From assembly GCA_001816835.1 (NCBI GenBank), contig MHDB01000026.1, forward strand, positions 10,312-57,299: a stretch of 46,988 nucleotides of DNA, written 5' to 3'. Made by a program: the position numbers and the translations under genes. This DNA comes from Candidatus Woykebacteria bacterium RIFCSPLOWO2_01_FULL_43_14. Its GTDB lineage: Bacteria; Patescibacteriota; Microgenomatia; Woykebacterales; 2-01-FULL-43-14. Under the pieces are notes generated by a model, which was given only the letters and a program-made list of their open reading frames with translations, did no database searches and was not told the DNA's origin. Of this stretch, positions 36,515-42,950 are shown one piece after another. How positions within the stretch are numbered: the first letter of the stretch is position 1; each line of letters begins with the position of its first letter.

Positions 36515-37665
36515 GAATTCACATATTGCATACGGGATTTGTTTCCAAAACTTCCATGAGTGGTGGAGATCAGCTGATTTTTGATATCGTCTCACGACTT
36601 CCCAAAGAGTGGGAATTTGTGGTTATCACCCCGGAGTTTGCCAAAGTTTTTTGGAAAACTGTGTCTCACCCCTATCTAGAGTTTCGGTATCTACCGAGTA
36701 ATAGATTTGATTTTCGGGGTGACCCATTTTCTACTTTTTGGTCCTACGTTATCCGGGCTTGGCAGACTTATCAAATTCTTAAAAGGGAGAGAGATATTAA
36801 GGTAGTTTATTCCTGTTCAGACGTTGCATACGCTGATGTTTGGCCGGCTTTTCTGATTGCCCGCACTGAAAAGCTAAAATGGATTTCTCGGGTTTATCAT
36901 GTCCTCTTACCGCCCGGTGTTCGTCAAGGGAATCTATTTATCAACTTAGTCGCGGTTTGGCTTCAGAGATTGAGTTTTTGGTCAATGAAAAAAAGAAGTT
37001 GGGTAACTCTCGCTTTGAATGAGAAGTTGCGCCTTGAACTTATAGAACTTGGTTTTTCCGAGTCTAAAACCAAGATTTTAGGAGCTGGGATTGACTTTAA
37101 TTATATCCATAACTATAAACCATCAAAAAAGTATGAGTATGAAGTTGTCGCTTTAGGGAGAGTGGCGGCTGTGAAGGGTATTTTTGACACTGTCAAAATC
37201 TGGAAAGAAGTGCATAAATATAATCCAAAATGGAAACTTTGCTGGATTGGTCAGGGTGACCCAGGTACTACCCAACAAATACGACACAAGATAAAAAAAG
37301 AAGGTCTCCAAAACTCGTTCCTGATGAAGGGTTTTTTGGAAAAAAGAGTTGTCCTGGACATTTTTAAGAGCGCCAAGGTTTTTATTTGTCCTGATCACGA
37401 AAACGGCTGGGGTTTGGCTGTAAGTGAGGCGATGTCCGCGTCCCTCCCAGTGGTGTCCTACAGTATTGATATTTTCGGCAGTGTATATAAAAAAGGATTC
37501 CTGTCATGCCCACTGTTCGATACTCAAGCTTTTGCTGCCAATTTAATCCGGGTTCTTGAGGACAAGAATTTGAGAGATAAATCAGCGCGACAGGCTCGTG
37601 AACAGGCTTCACAATTTGATCTGGATAAGGTAGTTAGGGATTTTGCGAAGATACTTGGGAGTTAA
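36511..37665 (+). CDS. GT4 family glycosyltransferase
   Basis: Motifs MSGGDQLIFDI and ENGWGLAVSEAMSASLPVVSY. TTG start preceded by AAGGAGAAAGGGA. Confidence 0.78.
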   Translation: MRIHILHTGFVSKTSMSGGDQLIFDIVSRLPKEWEFVVITPEFAKVFWKTVSHPYLEFRYLPSNRFDFRGDPFSTFWSYVIRAWQTYQILKRERDIKVVYSCSDVAYADVWPAFLIARTEKLKWISRVYHVLLPPGVRQGNLFINLVAVWLQRLSFWSMKKRSWVTLALNEKLRLELIELGFSESKTKILGAGIDFNYIHNYKPSKKYEYEVVALGRVAAVKGIFDTVKIWKEVHKYNPKWKLCWIGQGDPGTTQQIRHKIKKEGLQNSFLMKGFLEKRVVLDIFKSAKVFICPDHENGWGLAVSEAMSASLPVVSYSIDIFGSVYKKGFLSCPLFDTQAFAANLIRVLEDKNLRDKSARQAREQASQFDLDKVVRDFAKILGS

Positions 37666-38773
37666 TTTTTTTGTAGGCGCTGACGAGGCGTTCGCCGTAA
37701 CTTTCCCAGGTATACTGCTGCGCTTTGTGTCTAGCCGCTAGACTCATTTTTTGGCGAAGTTCAGTTTTGTCATAAAGGGTTTGGATTTTCTCTCCGATAA
37801 ATCTAGAATCGCCTGCGGGTATAATGAACCCTTCATCCCCATCCACCACTACTGAGCCACTAGCCTGAGTTGTGATGACAGGGAGGCCACAGGCAAGGGC
37901 TTCATAGGTCACTAGTGCGCTTCCTTCTTCAAGTGAGGGAAACACAAAGACATCAGCTTGTTGGTATAGAGGTAAGGTCGGGGTAAAACCGGCAAAAGTA
38001 ATGCTGGGATCTTGTCGGAAGCGTGTCAGGAACTCTACGATTGTGGGGTCGATCTGACCAACTATTGTGAGATGGGCGTCTTTCAACTGTAGCTCTTTCC
38101 AGGCTTCCAAGAGATATGGGATGCCTTTGCGAAATCCGACTTGCCCAACAAAAAGAACTTCAAAACGTCCTCCTGATTTTTGGCCTGGTTTGAAACCCTT
38201 TGTATCAACTCCAAATGGAAGCTGGATAAGTTTTTCTGTGGGAACATTGTTCTCAACCATGCTTTGATACGAAAAAGGAGAGGGCACAGTAATATAGTCG
38301 CACTCTCTGAATTCTTGAAGAAGCTTTTTCATATTTAGGGAAAGCATTTGATATGAGTTCAGACCTCGTTTGCGGAACTCCTTACTTAGGATTTCAACTT
38401 GGGTGGTGGGGTGAGACGAAGCTCTTTCAATCACAATTTTCGCTCCTTTTCGCTTAAACTTGCGTAAAGAAAGCAAGCTGTGACCATTCCAGCCGTGGAA
38501 AATATCTACTGGGTGTGCTTGAAATGACACCAGAAGATCGTGGTAGTTGTCCTTTAAAAACCACTGGTAAACACTTGGAACTAATCGAATATTTTCGATA
38601 AATGAGGAGTTGGTGCTTTTGATATAGCTTTGGGGAATATCGCGGAGTCGGTACGAAGAGCAATACACTTTGTCCAAGTTCTGATGGTCGTAGACCCCTT
38701 TTACCGCATGATACGAGGTTGTTCCGATACCCGACCCCCCAAATTGAGTAGCAACACTATACGCAACCTTCAT
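37634..38773 (-). CDS. GT4 family glycosyltransferase (opposite strand, converging on and overlapping the previous gene by 32 nt)
   Basis: Motifs GQVGFRKG and EEGSALVTYEALACGLPVITTQASGSVVVDGDEGFII. Confidence 0.85.
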   Translation of the reverse strand: MKVAYSVATQFGGSGIGTTSYHAVKGVYDHQNLDKVYCSSYRLRDIPQSYIKSTNSSFIENIRLVPSVYQWFLKDNYHDLLVSFQAHPVDIFHGWNGHSLLSLRKFKRKGAKIVIERASSHPTTQVEILSKEFRKRGLNSYQMLSLNMKKLLQEFRECDYITVPSPFSYQSMVENNVPTEKLIQLPFGVDTKGFKPGQKSGGRFEVLFVGQVGFRKGIPYLLEAWKELQLKDAHLTIVGQIDPTIVEFLTRFRQDPSITFAGFTPTLPLYQQADVFVFPSLEEGSALVTYEALACGLPVITTQASGSVVVDGDEGFIIPAGDSRFIGEKIQTLYDKTELRQKMSLAARHKAQQYTWESYGERLVSAYKKINSQVSSQNP

Positions 38774-38780
38774 TTGCTCA

Positions 38781-38789
38781 AGTATATCA
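38781..38789 (-). promoter_or_regulatory. extended -10 (TGA-TATACT) 7 nt upstream of the ATG of 37634-38773
   Basis: The reverse complement of 38781-38789 is TGATATACT. The spacer is TGAGCAA, followed by ATG. Confidence 0.4.
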
Positions 38790-38815
38790 TGTACTAACTT
38801 TTAGTTAAAAAGACT

Positions 38816-38828
38816 CACTCCGGGAGTG
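38816..38828. repeat. left palindrome CACTCC-G-GGAGTG
   Basis: Read directly from the sequence. Confidence 0.8.
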
Positions 38829-38836
38829 ACTTATAC

Positions 38837-38864
38837 TTGACACATAGGAAAATGTGGTTAAAAT
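38837..38864 (+). promoter_or_regulatory. sigma70-like promoter: TTGACA, 16-nt spacer, TAAAAT; the -10 ends 8 nt before ATG 38873
   Basis: TTGACA lies at 38837-38842 and TAAAAT at 38859-38864. There is no SD before the ATG. Confidence 0.45.
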
Positions 38865-38872
38865 TAAACTCG

Positions 38873-39544
38873 ATGCCCAGAAGAAAAACTATCTTCGCTA
38901 TCGGCGAGTACTACCATATTTTTAATAGAAGCCTTTATAAAAGACCCATTTTCGTAAATAATCCAGACTGTAAACGAGCAATTACTGCCCTCTCCTATTA
39001 TCGTTACCCGAACCCACCGCACAGGTTGTCTTATTACTTATCATTTGGGGTAGATAAGCGCGAAGATATTTTGACTAAACTAGCAAAGAAAGACAAACTT
39101 GTAGAAATAATAAGTTATTGTTTCATGCCCAACCACTACCACCTGCTTCTTAAACAAAATCTAGAAAATGGGATTTCAAATTTTATTAGACTTTTCCAAA
39201 ATAGTTATACAAGGTATTTTAACACCAAATATAGATCTGCAGGTTATTTATTCGAAGGACAGTTTAAATCCAAGTATGTTGAAGATGAAAACTATTTGCT
39301 CCACCTAAACCGCTACATTCATTTAAACCCATATTCCTCCCACGTAATCAAGGATCTAAATGAAATAATTACCTACCCCTATTCCTCCTTCTCGGCCTAC
39401 TTGAAAGAAAGTATTGATTCTTTTGTAAGTCCAGAAATAATAACGTCACAGTTTAAAAACAAAGTTGAATATAGAAATTTCGTTTTAGATTATGCTGATC
39501 ATCAAAAGGAGTTACAGAGAATAAAGCACCTAGTACTGGAATGA
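38873..39544 (+). CDS. HUH-Y1 transposase, RAYT / IS200-like (Y1_Tnp family)
   Basis: Motifs MPRRKTIFAIGEYYHIFNR, an HUH motif in CFMPNHYHLLL, and a catalytic Tyr context in LNRYIHLNPY. The start is trimmed to ATG 38873. Confidence 0.8.
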   Translation: MPRRKTIFAIGEYYHIFNRSLYKRPIFVNNPDCKRAITALSYYRYPNPPHRLSYYLSFGVDKREDILTKLAKKDKLVEIISYCFMPNHYHLLLKQNLENGISNFIRLFQNSYTRYFNTKYRSAGYLFEGQFKSKYVEDENYLLHLNRYIHLNPYSSHVIKDLNEIITYPYSSFSAYLKESIDSFVSPEIITSQFKNKVEYRNFVLDYADHQKELQRIKHLVLE

Positions 39545-39569
39545 ACGTACCGATATGTTAGCTATAAAA

Positions 39570-39582
39570 CACTCCCGGAGTG
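39570..39582. repeat. right palindrome CACTCC-C-GGAGTG (reverse complement of the left copy)
   Basis: Read directly from the sequence. Confidence 0.8.
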
Positions 39583-39605
39583 ATAGATGACATTTAAATA
39601 AGAAG

Positions 39606-39638
39606 GGCGGCTGCTTTCTTTCAAGGAAGACAACCGCC
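39606..39638. terminator. putative bidirectional stem-loop between convergent genes
   Basis: GGCGGCTG (39606-39613) pairs with CAACCGCC (39631-39638), giving 7 of 8 Watson-Crick pairs (G-U on the minus-strand RNA). The minus-strand transcript continues into CTTCTTATTT. Confidence 0.35.
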
Positions 39639-39642
39639 GTAG

Positions 39643-40002
39643 TTAATGAAGAATCCAGCCTGTGATGGTTTTCTGGTTCCTTCGGAAATTCTCTTCCGAT
39701 GCAGCCCGAATTGCTTCATGATCATCGGGTTTAGGAGGAGGCAGAATTCCCAGCTTCTTAAGCACAATCTGCATCAAGAAGCGTAGTAAAGTTCCTGCTG
39801 GGATCTCTATCCCGCAAACAAGCTTTTCAGGGGTTTTCAGAAAGACCGAACTAGTTCCGACAACTACCCCGTAATGAGAAGGAGATTCCTGAGCTTGCTG
39901 AACCCACATCCGATTGGCTAAGTCGCCGGTTTCAGCAAATTTACTAAGACGCTCTCTGTGCCAAAGTTTTGGCACACGTTTTCCAGACAACCAAAATCTC
40001 AT
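39643..40002 (-). CDS. hypothetical protein (119 aa), no family recognised
   Basis: ATG at complement 40000-40002 is preceded by a strong SD, AAGGAGGTG, with a 6-nt spacer. Composition is visibly GC-richer than the surroundings. Confidence 0.55.
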   Translation of the reverse strand: MRFWLSGKRVPKLWHRERLSKFAETGDLANRMWVQQAQESPSHYGVVVGTSSVFLKTPEKLVCGIEIPAGTLLRFLMQIVLKKLGILPPPKPDDHEAIRAASEENFRRNQKTITGWILH

Positions 40003-40008
40003 GATCTG

Positions 40009-40035
40009 CACCTCCTTGAAACTGCGAACATTATA
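40009..40035 (-). promoter_or_regulatory. TATAAT -10 (complement 40030-40035) plus SD AAGGAGGTG (complement 40009-40017): a leadered transcript, unlike its neighbours
   Basis: Read from the reverse complement: ..CCAGTATAATGTTCGCAGTTTCAAGGAGGTGCAGATCATG. Confidence 0.45.
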
Positions 40036-40096
40036 CTGGATCGACAACCTTTAATCAGGCTATAGGTTTACAATGGTCTAAAAAGAGTTGGTGAGG

Positions 40097-40102
40097 TATA
40101 AT
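40097..40102 (+). promoter_or_regulatory. consensus -10 TATAAT 8 nt upstream of ATG 40111
   Basis: GGTATAATCAAAAGACATG, with no SD. Confidence 0.4.
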
Positions 40103-40110
40103 CAAAAGAC

Positions 40111-41232
40111 ATGAAAGTGGCGATTGTGCATGACTACTTAAACCAATACGGCGGGGCTGAGCGGGTGCTTGAAGCGCTGCATGAACTGTGGCCCGACGCT
40201 CCCGTATACACAAGCATGTATGATCGGAAGTTGATGAAGTCGTACGGGTTTGATGATACTGGTTGGGATATTCGCGCTTCGTTTATGCAGAAAATCCCTA
40301 TGCGTGCTTCACTTCCTAGGTCTTACCTTACCTTTTTGTATCCCCAGGCGTTTGCGTCGTTTGATCTGCGTGGGTATGATGTTATCATTTCTAGCTCAAG
40401 TTACGCGTCGAAAAATATCACCAAGCCTTCAGGAAGTATCCATATTTGTTACTGCCATACCCCGCCTCGGTTTTTATATGGATTCGATCAAGAAACAACC
40501 CTAGCAGACATGACGTGGTGGGAGAAATTAGCTTCTAGAGTTTTTATTCCGTATTTACGAAGCCTTGATCAACAAGCAGCGCAGGCAGTAGACTTTTTTA
40601 TTGCCAATTCTGTGGTGGTTCAAAAGCGCATTAAAATGATTTACAAAAAAGATGCGCTAGTCATTTACCCACCAGTGGATACGCAGCGGTTTGAGAAAAA
40701 ACAGCAGCTTTCTAAAGAAATAGACAAACCCTACTTTCTGGTAATCTCCCGTTTAGGGGAGTACAAGCGCGTTGATTTGGTAATAGAAGCGTTTAATAAA
40801 CTTGGTACACCACTCAAAGTAATAGGGACGGGCCCTAGGCTTAGCCATCTTAAATCCTTAGCACAAGCGAACATTGAATTTTTGGGTCGACTTTCGGATG
40901 AAGAGACGACGGCCTACTTACAAAACGCTGAAGCTTTGATTTTTCCGACTGAGGAGGATTTTGGGATTACGCCAGTAGAAGCACTGGCTGCAGGTAAAGC
41001 GGTGATTGCTTATAAAGGAGGAGGCGCTCTTGAAACTTTGGATCAGAAAACAGCGTTGTTTTTTTCTCCCCAAACCGCCCAGGCTTTAGTAGAAGCAGTT
41101 AAAAATTTTGACCCCTCGTTGTATAATCCATATACGTCCAAAAAACGAGCAAGTAAATTTTCCCGAGAGTTATTTAAAACTAGTCTTCGAAAATTCGTGG
41201 AGGATAATTTAAAATCCGATGAACACAAATGA
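40111..41232 (+). CDS. GT4 family glycosyltransferase
   Basis: Motifs MKVAIVHDYLNQYGGAERVLEAL and EEDFGITPVEALAAGKAVIAYKGGGALETL. Confidence 0.85.
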   Translation: MKVAIVHDYLNQYGGAERVLEALHELWPDAPVYTSMYDRKLMKSYGFDDTGWDIRASFMQKIPMRASLPRSYLTFLYPQAFASFDLRGYDVIISSSSYASKNITKPSGSIHICYCHTPPRFLYGFDQETTLADMTWWEKLASRVFIPYLRSLDQQAAQAVDFFIANSVVVQKRIKMIYKKDALVIYPPVDTQRFEKKQQLSKEIDKPYFLVISRLGEYKRVDLVIEAFNKLGTPLKVIGTGPRLSHLKSLAQANIEFLGRLSDEETTAYLQNAEALIFPTEEDFGITPVEALAAGKAVIAYKGGGALETLDQKTALFFSPQTAQALVEAVKNFDPSLYNPYTSKKRASKFSRELFKTSLRKFVEDNLKSDEHK

Positions 41233-42316
41233 TATATATGCAGTAATTATGGCTGGGGGTGGTGGTTCCAGACTCTGGCCAAAATCCCGTAATAGACGGC
41301 CAAAGCAGTTCCTCAAACTGATTTCGTCTAAAACCATGCTCCAGGAAACAGTGGATAGGATAAGGTCGCTTGTTAATATAGAAAATGTGTTCGTGGTAAC
41401 CTCGGCCCAGTATGTTAATGAGGTTAAAAGTGAGATTAACGGCCTGCCCGAAGAAAATATTTTGACTGAGCCGCAGGCCAAAAATACTGCTATAGCTATT
41501 GGTCTTGCTGCGGCCAAAATTTATAAACTTAATCCCAAAGCAGTTATTGCCACCTTAGCTTCTGATCATCTCATCAAAAATCCACGCGAGTTCAGATCGA
41601 CTCTGCTCAGAGCCCTAAAGGCTGCTAGTAAAGGAAACTATCTAGTGACTATAGGTATTCATCCCACTGAACCTCACATTGGGTTTGGTTATATCCATAG
41701 CAACGGTCTCAAATTTAAAATAGATTCAAAGCCAGTATTTAATGTTGAGAGCTTTACAGAGAAGCCTAATTTGGTGACCGCTCAAGCTTATATTGCTACA
41801 GGACTGTATTTCTGGAATGCCAACATAAATGCTTACTCTGCTAGCTCAATTCTTGAGGCATTTAAGACAAATATGCCCAAACTTTACAAAGGGTTAACTA
41901 GAATAAGAGATTCTTTTGGTAAATCCGACTATCAGGAAGTGGTTACTAGTGTCTATGAAAATGCTGAGAGTATTGCCATTGACACGGGTATTTTGGAAAA
42001 AGCTAACAATGTCTTGATGGTTCCAGGAGATTTTGGTTGGAGTGATATTGGCAGTTGGAAAGAGTTACACGAGCTGTCTCCTATCTCAGTTGAGGGTAAT
42101 GTTATGTTGGGTGACGAGTCAGGAGAGCATCTTTTTATTGATACCAAAAATTGCTTAATTCATAGCAGTGGTCGATTGGTGGCCACAATAGGTGTAGAAG
42201 ATTTGATTATCGTGGATACGGTTGATGCTCTTTTGGTTTGTCCCAAAGACCGTGCTCAAGAAGTAAAGAGTTTGGTCGAGAGGATCAAAAAAGAGAAAAG
42301 AGTTGAGTATCTCTAA
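41219..42316 (+). CDS. manC: mannose-1-phosphate guanylyltransferase
   Basis: Motifs IYAVIMAGGGGSRLWPKSRNRRPKQFL, ASDH, FTEKP and GWSDIGSW. 365 aa, with no fused cupin/PMI domain. Confidence 0.9.
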   Translation: MNTNDIYAVIMAGGGGSRLWPKSRNRRPKQFLKLISSKTMLQETVDRIRSLVNIENVFVVTSAQYVNEVKSEINGLPEENILTEPQAKNTAIAIGLAAAKIYKLNPKAVIATLASDHLIKNPREFRSTLLRALKAASKGNYLVTIGIHPTEPHIGFGYIHSNGLKFKIDSKPVFNVESFTEKPNLVTAQAYIATGLYFWNANINAYSASSILEAFKTNMPKLYKGLTRIRDSFGKSDYQEVVTSVYENAESIAIDTGILEKANNVLMVPGDFGWSDIGSWKELHELSPISVEGNVMLGDESGEHLFIDTKNCLIHSSGRLVATIGVEDLIIVDTVDALLVCPKDRAQEVKSLVERIKKEKRVEYL

Positions 42317-42317
42317 C

Positions 42318-42944
42318 ATGTTATACGAATTTGTAAAAAGAGTTATTGATTTGATAGGCGCTAGTGTCGGTCTAGGCATTTCTGCGCCGATTTGTCTTGT
42401 TGCTTATGTCCTTATCAAACTTGACTCGCCTGGTCCAGTAGTGTTTTCCCAAGAGCGTATTAGCAAAGGGGGGAAGACTTTTAAACTTTATAAATTTCGT
42501 TCTATGATAGATGACGCCGAAAACATTCTTTACGCTGATCCGAAACTCTTAAAGGAATACGAATCAAACAGTTACAAAATAAAAAACGATCCTAGGTTAA
42601 CCAGAATCGGTAAGTTTTTAAGAAAGTCCTCTATTGATGAAATCCCACAGCTTTGGAATGTTCTGATGGGGGACATGAGCTTGGTTGGGCCGCGTGCTTA
42701 TCGCCCAGTAGAGCTTGCTAATCAGCAGGAAGTCTACCCTGAAACCAAAAAGTATGTTTCCACTTTACTAAGAGTAAAACCAGGGGTTACTGGACCCTGG
42801 CAAGTGGCTGGTCGATCCAAAATTAATTTTGAACAACGAGTCAGAATGGACGCCGAATATGCTAGCAGGATGTCTTTAGCGTATGATTTCCTGATCCTAT
42901 TAAAAACTATACCGGCAGTTCTCTCCGCGGAAGGAGCTGGATAA
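42318..42944 (+). CDS. initiating polyprenyl-phosphate sugar-1-phosphate transferase (bacterial sugar transferase family, small WbaP/PglC-type)
   Basis: Motifs KRVIDLIGASVGL, SPGPVVFSQERISKGGKTFKLYKFRSM and DEIPQLWNVLMGDMSLVGPRA. ATG 42318 lies 2 nt after the manC stop. Confidence 0.9.
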   Translation: MLYEFVKRVIDLIGASVGLGISAPICLVAYVLIKLDSPGPVVFSQERISKGGKTFKLYKFRSMIDDAENILYADPKLLKEYESNSYKIKNDPRLTRIGKFLRKSSIDEIPQLWNVLMGDMSLVGPRAYRPVELANQQEVYPETKKYVSTLLRVKPGVTGPWQVAGRSKINFEQRVRMDAEYASRMSLAYDFLILLKTIPAVLSAEGAG

Positions 42945-42950
42945 GAAACA

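Larger units (their letters stand above)
38815..39582 (+). mobile_element. RAYT/IS200-like unit: HUH-Y1 transposase gene bracketed by inverted copies of a 13-nt palindrome (REPtron-like)
   Basis: CACTCCGGGAGTG (38816-38828) and its exact reverse complement CACTCCCGGAGTG (39570-39582) flank the transposase ORF. Confidence 0.55.
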
